Positions 20,308-27,592 of a stretch of 64,000 nt of DNA are shown here, piece after piece. A program made the translations under genes and the position numbers. Below the pieces are notes generated by a model. It saw only the letters and a list, made by a program, of their open reading frames with translations. It had not been told where the DNA came from and ran no database searches. The stretch is from Candidatus Rokuibacteriota bacterium (GTDB lineage: Bacteria; Methylomirabilota; Methylomirabilia; Rokubacteriales; CSP1-6): NCBI GenBank assembly GCA_003220535.1, contig QHSU01000057.1:20411-84410 (forward strand). Direction: 5' to 3'. Position 1 is the stretch's first letter. Each line of letters begins with the position of its first letter.

Positions 20308-21401
20308 GCGTGAGCCGGGCGTCGATCGAGGTGCGCGACCTGGTCGTCCGCTACGGCGCGGTCGTCGCCGTGCGGGGCGTGACGTTCAGCGTCGGCGCCG
20401 GCGAGCACCTCACGCTGCTCGGGCCCTCGGGGTGCGGCAAGACGACCACGCTCCGCGCGATCGCCGGGCTGGAGCGGCCGACGTCGGGCGAGATCCGGAT
20501 CGGCGGCCACCTGGTCTTCTCGTCATCGCCCAACGTGAACGTTCCCGCCGAGCGCCGCGGGCTGTCCATGGTCTTTCAGTCGTACGCCATCTGGCCCCAC
20601 ATGAGCGTGTTCGACAACGTGGCCTACGGTCTCCGCGTCCGGAAGCAGCCCGAGGCCGAGGTGACGACCCGCGTGCGCGAGGCCCTCGACCTGGTCCAGC
20701 TGGGCCAGCTGGGCGCCCGCAGCGCGTCCAAGCTTTCGGGGGGCCAGCAGCAGCGCGTGGCGCTGGCCCGCGCCTTCGTCTTCTCGCCCTCGGTGCTCCT
20801 GTTCGACGAGCCCCTGTCGAACCTCGACGCCAAGCTGCGTGCCGAGATGCGGGTGGAGCTGAAGGAGCTCCAGCGCCGCCTCGACATCACCTCGGTGTAC
20901 GTCACCCACGACCTCGAGGAGGCGCTCGCCATCTCCGACCGGATCGTGGTGATGCGCGACGGCGCCATCGAGCAGGTGGGCACGCCGGCCGAGATCTACG
21001 ATCGGCCGCGCAACACGTTCGTCGCCGACTTCGTGGGATCGGCGAACCTGATCCGCGGCCGTCGCCGTCCCGACCTCGAGCGCGATGGGCTCGTGGTGCT
21101 GGAGACGCCCGGCGGGGCGCTGGTCCACGGCACGGCGCTCGGCCGTCGGGCCGGGGCCGAGGCCCTCATGGCCGTCCGCACCGTCCGTCTCCGCCTCGAG
21201 CGCGCGCGCCCCGAGACGTCCGTCAACGCGTGGCCCGCGCGGATCCGAGCACGTGTGTTCCAGGGCGATTTCACGCAGTATCACGTCGAGTGGGACGGCC
21301 GGCAGCTCATCGTGCGCTCCGCCGCGTCGGACCCGATGGCCGAGGGCGACGAGGTGTTCGTCAGCGCCGACCCTCGTCATTGCGTGCTGCTCGAGGAATG
21401 A
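20304..21401 (+). CDS. ABC transporter ATP-binding protein (PotA/FbpC/MalK-like)
   Basis: Walker A is GPSGCGKTT, the signature is LSGGQQQR and Walker B is LLFDEP. A C-terminal TOBE-like domain is present. The GTG start overlaps the permease stop. Confidence 0.9.
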   Translation: MSVSRASIEVRDLVVRYGAVVAVRGVTFSVGAGEHLTLLGPSGCGKTTTLRAIAGLERPTSGEIRIGGHLVFSSSPNVNVPAERRGLSMVFQSYAIWPHMSVFDNVAYGLRVRKQPEAEVTTRVREALDLVQLGQLGARSASKLSGGQQQRVALARAFVFSPSVLLFDEPLSNLDAKLRAEMRVELKELQRRLDITSVYVTHDLEEALAISDRIVVMRDGAIEQVGTPAEIYDRPRNTFVADFVGSANLIRGRRRPDLERDGLVVLETPGGALVHGTALGRRAGAEALMAVRTVRLRLERARPETSVNAWPARIRARVFQGDFTQYHVEWDGRQLIVRSAASDPMAEGDEVFVSADPRHCVLLEE

Positions 21402-21424
21402 GACCGATCTCACAGGAGCGTGAC

Positions 21425-22360
21425 ATGAACTTCGGGATCCACATCGGCCACATGGGCGGCCCGCTCGACGAGATGCGCAAGCTGTGGAAGTTCGCCGACG
21501 CAAAAGGCTTCGACTGGTTCTCCGTCTCCGATCACTTCCAGGAGTCGCCGCCGCGCGGCGGCGACATGGACTGCTTCGAGTCGATCGCGACGCTGACCGC
21601 AGCCGCGATGGACACCGAGCGCGTCCGCCTCGGCAGCGGCGTCTACTGCGTCGCGTACCGCAACCCCGGCCTTCTCGCCAAGTCGCTCACCACGATCGAC
21701 CATCTGTCGAACGGGCGCGTCGACTGCGGGCTCGGCGCCGGCTGGCACGACGTCGAGGCGAAGGCCTTCGGCTACGCGTTCCCGTCGATCGGCCCCCGCG
21801 AGGACATGCTCGAGGAATACGCTCAGATCCTGCGCCTGCTCCTCGACCCCGAGCAGCGGCGCGCGAACTTCGAGGGCAAGCACTTCCGCCTCGCCAACGC
21901 CCCCAACAATCCCAAGCCGCTCCAGCCCCGCATTCCCATCTGGATCGGCGGGCGCGGCGAGAAGCGCACGCTCCGCGCGGCCGCGAAGTACGCCGACGGC
22001 TGGAACGGCGCCTACATCGGTCCGGACGACTGGAAGCAGAAGAGCCAGGTGCTCGACCGGTGGTGCGAGACGGAAGGGCGCGACCCGAAGTCGATCATGC
22101 GCACGGTGAACCTCGGCTTCTACCTCGGGGCCGACGCCCGGGGCGCCGCGCGCGCCGACGAGGTCTTCCGCAGTCACTTCGGCACCGGCGCCCGCGCCGA
22201 CCGTACGGGCTATCTCAGAGGGACCGTGAAGGACGCGCACGCGATGGTGGACCGGTTCCGCGCGCTCGGCTGCACCCGGCTCAGCATCGCGTTCCGCAAC
22301 GGGCCCTACGACTGGGAGGCGCTGGAGGCCTTCGCCGCCGAGATCGTGCGCAAGGGCTGA
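21425..22360 (+). CDS. LLM-class (luciferase-like) F420/flavin-dependent oxidoreductase
   Basis: MNFGIHIGHMGG...FDWFSVSDHF...IWIGGRGEKRTLRAAAKYADGWN is typical of the LLM family. An AGGAG SD is present. Confidence 0.8.
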   Translation: MNFGIHIGHMGGPLDEMRKLWKFADAKGFDWFSVSDHFQESPPRGGDMDCFESIATLTAAAMDTERVRLGSGVYCVAYRNPGLLAKSLTTIDHLSNGRVDCGLGAGWHDVEAKAFGYAFPSIGPREDMLEEYAQILRLLLDPEQRRANFEGKHFRLANAPNNPKPLQPRIPIWIGGRGEKRTLRAAAKYADGWNGAYIGPDDWKQKSQVLDRWCETEGRDPKSIMRTVNLGFYLGADARGAARADEVFRSHFGTGARADRTGYLRGTVKDAHAMVDRFRALGCTRLSIAFRNGPYDWEALEAFAAEIVRKG

Positions 22361-22388
22361 TCGCCAGGCGTCGAGTTCGACGCTCGCC

Positions 22389-22796
22389 TCAGCGCAAGCC
22401 GCGGGCGACGAGCAGCGTCTCGCCGGTGATCCAGCCGGTGCCCCCGGAGGCCAGGAAGACCACGACCGGCGCGCTGTCGCGCGGCTGCCCGATCCGCCCG
22501 AGCGGGGTTTGCGCCTCGAGCTGCTTGAGGAGGTCACTCTCGATGACGCGCGGCCCCGTCTCGAGCGGGTCGGCGAAGGGCAGTGCGACCAGGGCGGTGA
22601 GCGCCGTCGCCAGCGCCGCCGCCGGCGCCATCTGGATCTCGGGGTGGCGGCGGACGAGAACGGTGGCGGTGGCGAAGCTCGCCGCCATGACGATCGCCAG
22701 CAGGTCGCCAGCGATCGCGCCCCGGCTGTAAGAATCGGACACCATGACGACCGCGCCCGCGAGCGCGACACCCATCGCGCCGATCGCCTCGAGGTC
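22389..22796 (-). pseudogene. Chimeric gene remnant: EamA/DMT-transporter-like internal fragment fused to an SDR C-terminal tail
   Basis: One frame reads ...GDLLAIVMAASFATATVLVRRHPEI...LVALPFA (EamA-like TM segments). It then continues as ...TPLGRIGQPRDSAPVVVFLASGGTGWITGETLLVARG, a classic SDR C-terminus. Neither part is complete. Confidence 0.45.
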
Positions 22797-23028
22797 GCAC
22801 CGGCCCCATGGTTCACCAGAAGGACTGCGATCAACCTGTTGGGACGAATGAATGAGCTGATCGACTGAGACGGTCTGTTCGGTGGGCGCCACCGGGGGGG
22901 GAAATCGAGCAATATCGGAAATCCTGGTCGAACTATGTCCTTGACACTGATACTCGAGGGCACCCACACTCCTCCCGGTCGGCGGCCATGATGACTCATG
23001 GAATCAGTGTTCAACGGAGGAACGTTAC

Positions 23029-23730
23029 ATGTCTGACACGCGATGGGGCTTCGTGTTCCTGCTCGTGGCAGCGCTCTCCATCTTCGCTGGCCCGGCGTGG
23101 GCCCAGTCTGCCCAGCAGCAGTACGTGGTTATCTATGTGGAGTTCAAGCCCTCGGATACCAAGGCCGGGAGCCGAGTGCTCGCCGATCTGGCCTCGCACG
23201 GCCTGAACAGTGCCGGCTTCATCCGCTTCGATGTGCTGCAACAGGTCGATCGATCCAACTTCTTCGCCCTCTTCGAGATCTGGAGCAGTGCGCAGACGTA
23301 CGCGGCGTACAAGAGCTCGTCGGCCACCCAGGCCATCCTCGCCCAGCTAGCACCTCTGCTAGAGGCGCCGCTCGATGAACGGGACGGCAATTTGCTCGAG
23401 GGGAGCGTGACTCCCCGCAGTGGCCACGCCGAGGCTCGTCAGATCTTCGTGATCACGCACCTCGATATCATCCCCACGTTCGTCGACCAGGCTCGCCCGG
23501 TGCTCAACGAATTCGTGAGTGACAGCACCGGCGATCCCGGGGTCCAGACGTTCGCGATGCTGAGCTGGACGCCGACCACGAACCACTTTCAGCTCATCGA
23601 GGTCTTCGCGAACCAGCAGGCGTTCGATGCCCACGTGAGCGCTCAGCACTCGGTGGACTTTCGGAGCGATCTCCAAGCGACCATCGGCGCGCCCTACGAT
23701 GAACGGCTCTATCAGTTCGTCAACCGGTGA
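23029..23730 (+). CDS. Secreted protein with two tandem ABM (antibiotic-biosynthesis-monooxygenase/Dabb-fold) domains
   Basis: The signal peptide is ...FAGPAWA-QS. There are two segments of about 95 aa, each with the ABM pattern (VVIYVEFKP...FALFEIWSSAQTYAAY and FVITHLDIIP...FQLIEVFANQQAFDAH). A GGAGGA SD is present. The gene lies in a lower-GC patch. Confidence 0.6.
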   Translation: MSDTRWGFVFLLVAALSIFAGPAWAQSAQQQYVVIYVEFKPSDTKAGSRVLADLASHGLNSAGFIRFDVLQQVDRSNFFALFEIWSSAQTYAAYKSSSATQAILAQLAPLLEAPLDERDGNLLEGSVTPRSGHAEARQIFVITHLDIIPTFVDQARPVLNEFVSDSTGDPGVQTFAMLSWTPTTNHFQLIEVFANQQAFDAHVSAQHSVDFRSDLQATIGAPYDERLYQFVNR

Positions 23731-23780
23731 CGCCACGGGTTTCACCAACGGCTGACGTTGCAGGTCGCGGGTAGCGACAC

Positions 23781-23948
23781 CTAGTCTCCACCATGTTCGA
23801 TGGCCGGCGAGTGCGGCGGCGCGCTCGCCGACCGGCATCGAGAGGCCGCATCCCGAGCCTGGATCATGGTGCCCATGGCGGCGTCCATGAGAAGGATGCT
23901 GCGCTCGAAGGCCCGCGCGAACGCGGACGTCACTGCGAGTGTACTCAT
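23781..23948 (-). pseudogene. Isolated 5-prime fragment of a homocysteine S-methyltransferase-domain gene (MetH/MmuM-like N-terminus)
   Basis: The translation MSTLAVTSAFARAFERSILLMDAAMGTMIQ... matches the ...RILLLDG(A/G)MGTMIQ start of that domain. It then degenerates and stops after 55 codons. Confidence 0.4.
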
Positions 23949-24097
23949 GCGCTCATTCTAGCGCTGGCGCACCGAAACCCGCAGTCGGGCCCTTGGCCAG
24001 TTGATCGGGAAGCGACTCGCGATTCCTAGGGAAACCGGAGGGCCGGGCAACCTCGGGACCTGCTTGTCACAACTCTCCAGGGAGCCACGACGCGCGG

Positions 24098-24145
24098 GCA
24101 GAAAGAGGCCGCCCCTCTCAGTCAGGAAGGGCGGCCTCTTTCTGC
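24098..24145. terminator. Long perfect hairpin (about 17-bp stem, 14-nt loop) downstream of the PEP-CTERM gene; works in either orientation
   Basis: GGCAGAAAGAGGCCGCCC pairs with GGGCGGCCTCTTTCTGC. The hairpin starts 36 nt after the TAG at 24181 in the minus-strand sense. T-rich stretches form the outer parts of both stem arms, the lower stem. Confidence 0.6.
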
Positions 24146-24180
24146 TTAGGTACTCGCGCGAAGGGTACGCGCTCGGAGAC

Positions 24181-25210
24181 CTAGAGTGCCCGCGCCTGCC
24201 GGTAGCGAACCAAGGCGGCCGTGGCGAGCCCGCTACCAAGCAGCAGGAGACTCGAGGGCTCCGGGACGGATGGGACGCCGCCGCCAAGGCCCGAGAGGGG
24301 GGCGATGTCGTCGAGAGCGCCCGCCAAGAACTGAACGTTTGTGAAATTGCTGCCGGCGCCGATCAGGCCGGTGGCGTCATAATCGAGGAACAGCAAATTC
24401 CCGTTATTGGATGCGACGAAAAGATGCCCCTTCCCATCCGCGGCTCCCTGGTCGAAAGTATTGCCTGCCGCGGTGAAGGAGGACAGGATGTTGCCGGCAG
24501 CGTCGAGCTGCTGGACGGTACCTGCGCTGTTCACGATCACATCGTTCGTGAACGGATCGAACGTCAGGCCGTGCGCGAACAGGCCGGTTTTCAGCCTGGT
24601 GAGGGTCGCTGTGTGGAGAGTGTCGTCGAAGACGACCGTCCCAAATTCTCCGGAGCCGCCATCCGGAGCCGTCCCGTAGTACCAGGTGTTGTTGTTGGTA
24701 TTTAGGATGACGCCGCGGACGTCGGCGCTACAGCCGGCGCAGGGGATAGTCGTGTAGAGGACACCGTTCAGCGACAGGCCTCCCCCGGACAGGGTGACGG
24801 CAGATATGCAATTGTTGCCGCAACCACCGTTATTTAGATTGTAGACGAGAGCGTTCGGGGCGCTGGACGTCAACGCCAAGTGAAAGGATCCGCCGCCGGG
24901 GGCGACCGTCTTCACTATGGTGCCGCCCGGCGTCACCTCGGTTAGGTTATTCCCCTGACCGGCCACGAGAAGGTTCCCATCCGGAGCAAACAGCAAGCCA
25001 TCGGCTCCGCTCGTGCTTGCTATGCCGTGATTGTTCGAGAGGAGGAATGATGTTCCGTTTGAAGTCGACGCTATGGACATTGACGCCACCCGCAAAGGTC
25101 GTATAGAAGAGCGTTCCGGTGACTACGTCTGCGTTCGCCGTAGCCGGGTACCAGCTGCACATCAGAGCTGCCGAACACAGCGCGTACAGTAAACCCCGTC
25201 TCATTTTCAT
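24181..25210 (-). pseudogene. PEP-CTERM-anchored secreted beta-propeller-like protein, interrupted by one extra base (frameshift or sequencing error)
   Basis: The signal peptide MKMRRGLLYALCSAALMCSWYPATANA (ATG 25210, GGGGAGAG SD) is in one frame. The body ending in VPEPSSLLLLGSGLATAALVRYRQARAL (PEP motif, TM segment, basic tail) is in the next frame. The span is 1030 nt, which is 3n+1. The likeliest lesion is the A3 run at 25058-25060. Confidence 0.6.
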
Positions 25211-25314
25211 CCAGGCTCTCCCCTTGGGGTGGACTTCCCGCCAGATCGCCACGCCACCAGCGGCCCAACTCTCCTAAAAGTCTCGCGGCTACGTTACTGA
25301 ACCCAGGGCTATTG

Positions 25315-25330
25315 CGCATTTTCCGTGCCG
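25315..25330 (-). promoter_or_regulatory. Candidate sigma-54 (-24/-12) promoter upstream of the PEP-CTERM gene
   Basis: The minus-strand sequence is CGGCACGgaaaATGCG, compared with the consensus TGGCACG-N4-TTGCW. The GG-N10-GC spacing is exact. It lies about 105 nt upstream of ATG 25210. Confidence 0.4.
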
Positions 25331-25570
25331 AGACCCGAAGTAGCAGAAATCTGGGCACTTATAATCTGGTGGGTATGTGGCGGAGTCGATTTTCGTAAAC
25401 TGCGCCGACACCCCCGACGTGTAGTAGCTAGAGCACGTCGCTCCCACTCGAACTTGAGGGTGTTGACCGCAACTCCCGTGCGGGGAGGTTTGAGGCGTCG
25501 AATTCGCTTACACGATTTCGGGTAAGACCTGGCCCCATCCAGGTAGTCGCCACTCTCCTATGTCTCGAGG

Positions 25571-25710
25571 CTACCTCTCCTGTGGAAAGCGCGGGGGCGG
25601 AATCAGCAGCGTCAGCTTCTCGATCAGCTCCAGCGGGCTTAAGGTGTTTTGCGAACTGCGGCGTCAGGACGGTCAAGGTCAAAAACCTTCCGTCAGGAGT
25701 CTCACCAAGT
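25571..25710 (-). mobile_element. Degenerate relic of an IS91-family (Y2 rolling-circle) transposase C-terminus
   Basis: Two minus-strand frames together read ...TPDGRFLTLT...(34-nt disruption)...PLELIEKLTLLIPPPRF. This resembles the conserved ...LTLTPLEF...LAALIPPPR.H..RYHGV block as I remember it. Only about 45 codons are recognisable. Confidence 0.35.
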
Positions 25711-25819
25711 GGCTGGAATTCGATAATCCGGGTCGGTCCCGTACGGCTGACCGAAAATAAATGATTGTGGGATGGAGCTGAGAGCGTCGGTGACATAACC
25801 TCCAAAACCCGGAAGCCCT

Positions 25820-26587
25820 CTAGAGGAGACGTCGCCGTGCCACGCGGATTCCGTGTTCCGCCGAGAAGTCGATTCGCAGGACCGCGCCTTCCGGATGCCC
25901 ACCTCCCCACTCGACCATCGGGGCTCCCGCATAGTAGGCGGCCACGGTGCCCTGGCTGACGTCGGTCTGGACGTGGTGGTGACCGAGGGCGACATAGTCC
26001 CAGCCGGTGTCCCGGACCTCGTCGGCGAAGATCGGCGACGAGCGCTCCGGCCGTTGACGCTCCCCGTAGAAAAAGCCGTGCGCCATGGCGAGACACCAGC
26101 GGCGATCGTCGCGCCCCGGAATGTGGGCGAGCGGCTGGAACGCGGGCTCGTGCTCTTCCATCGCACGCCCCCACACGACCACGTCGAGCTCAGGGAAATC
26201 GATGGTCTCGCCGTTCAGCCGGCGGATCACGTGGACATGGCTCGCGCCGGCCGTGAAGTCGTGTCGATCGTAGATGGCGTTCGCGCACAGCGCGTCGTGG
26301 TTCCTGGGAATGATGACGACCGGCTGGCGAAGGCGATCGAGCTCGGCCCGAACGAAGGCGACGGTTTCGTCCGGCACGCGGTTGTGATCGAAGAGATCGC
26401 CGGCGATCAACAGCAGATCGACCCGGTCGGTCAGGGCGCGATCGACGATGCGCCGGAAGACGCGCCGGCCGTGCTCGCGATGCGCGGCTTGCCGCTCTGG
26501 ATGTCCGCCGCCGTCGCTGTCGAGATGTACGTCGGCGGTGTGAAGCACTCGCAGGGGTCGTCGTGACGGAGGCATGACCAGCAGCAT
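25820..26587 (-). CDS. Calcineurin-like metallophosphoesterase (SbcD/Mre11-superfamily fold, standalone)
   Basis: It contains LRVLHTADVHLD, ...LLIAGDLFD..., ...IIPRNHD... and ...GHHH..., which are the metallophosphatase motifs I-IV. The start is ATG 26587 or 26575. The 824-aa track ORF beyond this point is a shadow ORF. Confidence 0.75.
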   Translation of the reverse strand: MLLVMPPSRRPLRVLHTADVHLDSDGGGHPERQAAHREHGRRVFRRIVDRALTDRVDLLLIAGDLFDHNRVPDETVAFVRAELDRLRQPVVIIPRNHDALCANAIYDRHDFTAGASHVHVIRRLNGETIDFPELDVVVWGRAMEEHEPAFQPLAHIPGRDDRRWCLAMAHGFFYGERQRPERSSPIFADEVRDTGWDYVALGHHHVQTDVSQGTVAAYYAGAPMVEWGGGHPEGAVLRIDFSAEHGIRVARRRLL

Positions 26588-26619
26588 GCCACATCGCGGC
26601 GGCGCGTAGGCATCGCGGA

Positions 26620-26647
26620 TTGACAGGGCTCGGCGCCGTCGCATAAT
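26620..26647 (+). promoter_or_regulatory. Near-consensus sigma-70 promoter TTGACA-N16-CATAAT; predicts a leaderless transcript
   Basis: The hexamers were read directly. The -10 element ends 7 nt before ATG 26655, and no SD lies in between. Confidence 0.45.
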
Positions 26648-26654
26648 GCCGCCC

Positions 26655-27089
26655 ATGGCTACCCCAACCACCACACCCGAGCAGTGGCTCCAGACGTTCG
26701 AGGCCGCGGTGCGCGCCCGCGACTTCACCGCGGGCCGCGCGCTGTTTGCCGACGACGCGGTGGCCTTCGGCACGTGGGCACGCGCCGTGGCCGGCCTCGA
26801 CAACATCATCCGGGAGCAGTGGCACAACGTCTGGCCGCGCATCCGCGACTTCCGTTTCGAGGCGGATGCTCGCGTCCGTACCTCTGGCGACAGCGCATGG
26901 ATCGCCGGGGGCTGGCTGACCGAAGTCACCGGCCCCGATGGCCGGCCGTTCACCCGGCCGGGCCGGGGCACGTTCGTGCTCGAGCGGCGAGGGGGGAAGT
27001 GGCTCGCGGTGCACAGCCACTTCTCGCTGCTGCCGTCGCAGTCCGAGACAGCGCACGGGCGGCTTTCCAGCGACGCCGCGCGCCCGTGA
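26655..27089 (+). CDS. SnoaL/NTF2-like fold protein (DUF4440-like)
   Basis: It contains ...PEQWLQTFEAAVRARDFTAGRALFADDAVAFGT... and ...GRGTFVLERRGGKWLAVHSHFS, which is the typical NTF2-like pattern. The alternative ATG at 26646 lies inside the -10 hexamer. Confidence 0.65.
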   Translation: MATPTTTPEQWLQTFEAAVRARDFTAGRALFADDAVAFGTWARAVAGLDNIIREQWHNVWPRIRDFRFEADARVRTSGDSAWIAGGWLTEVTGPDGRPFTRPGRGTFVLERRGGKWLAVHSHFSLLPSQSETAHGRLSSDAARP

Positions 27090-27580
27090 GTACCGTCCGG
27101 GTGCGCCCGGCGCGCTCCGACGAGGCCGCGATCCTGGCCGAGATGGCCAACGATCTCAACGACCACGTCGGGGTCCACGGGCGGCCGTTCACACCGGAGC
27201 GCGTGCGGGCCGCCGGTTTCGGTCCCGGGGCTGCCTTCACCCCACTGGTCGCCGAGCTCGACGGTGCCGTGGTGGGCTACGTCTTCTTCAGCCCGGGCTA
27301 CAACACGGACGTGGCGGCCCGGGCGATGTGGCTCCACGACATCTTCGTCGCGCCGGCGGCGCGTGGACGCGGCGTGGGTCACTCGCTGATGGCCGCCGCC
27401 GCGGCGGAGGCGGTGCGCATCGGTTGCGTCTCGCTGGAGTGGGGCGTGCACGCGGCCAACGCGGGGGCGCTCGAGTTCTACCGCCGCCTGGGCGCCGTCG
27501 GTGCGGAGGTGCGAATCATGGGTGTCACCGGCGAGCGGCTGCGTGCGCTGGCCAAGGCTTGCGACGGCGGACGAGAGTAG
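27086..27580 (+). CDS. GNAT-family N-acetyltransferase
   Basis: It has the motif A region LHDIFVAPAARGRGVGHSLM and ...ANAGALEFYRRLGA. The GTG start overlaps the upstream stop (GTGA). Confidence 0.75.
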   Translation: MSTVRVRPARSDEAAILAEMANDLNDHVGVHGRPFTPERVRAAGFGPGAAFTPLVAELDGAVVGYVFFSPGYNTDVAARAMWLHDIFVAPAARGRGVGHSLMAAAAAEAVRIGCVSLEWGVHAANAGALEFYRRLGAVGAEVRIMGVTGERLRALAKACDGGRE

Positions 27581-27592
27581 GCTCTCCTGGCC

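Noticed and set aside
22894-22901. A G8 homopolymer about 130 nt upstream of the tandem-ABM gene, considered as a possible phase-variation tract.
   Set aside because: It is not located between recognisable -35 and -10 elements or inside a coding frame. A single 8-mer in GC-rich degraded DNA is insufficient evidence.
23949-24097. A structured-looking, GC-rich 150 nt between the metH-like stub and the terminator hairpin. I tested it by eye against cobalamin, SAM-I/IV, SAH and guanidine-I (ykkC) riboswitches and against SRP RNA helix 8.
   Set aside because: Only short partial resemblances appear (CTAGGGAAACCGG, GGCCGGGCAACC, CAGGTCCCGAGG). They lie on inconsistent strands and lack the required flanking helices. 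No call is possible without a covariance-model scan.
25700-25745. A tRNA-like or att-site-like string GGAATTCGATAATCCGG in the non-coding part of the patchwork region.
   Set aside because: No 5-bp T-stem flanks a 7-nt TTCRANY loop, and no acceptor or anticodon arms can be drawn. The segment is better explained as part of the IS91-like relic.
25820-26587. The metallophosphoesterase considered as an SbcD-type nuclease of an SbcCD or defence module.
   Set aside because: No SbcC/Rad50-like ATPase or other defence-associated partner is adjacent. The protein is short (255 aa) and lacks the SbcD C-terminal capping domain as far as I can see.
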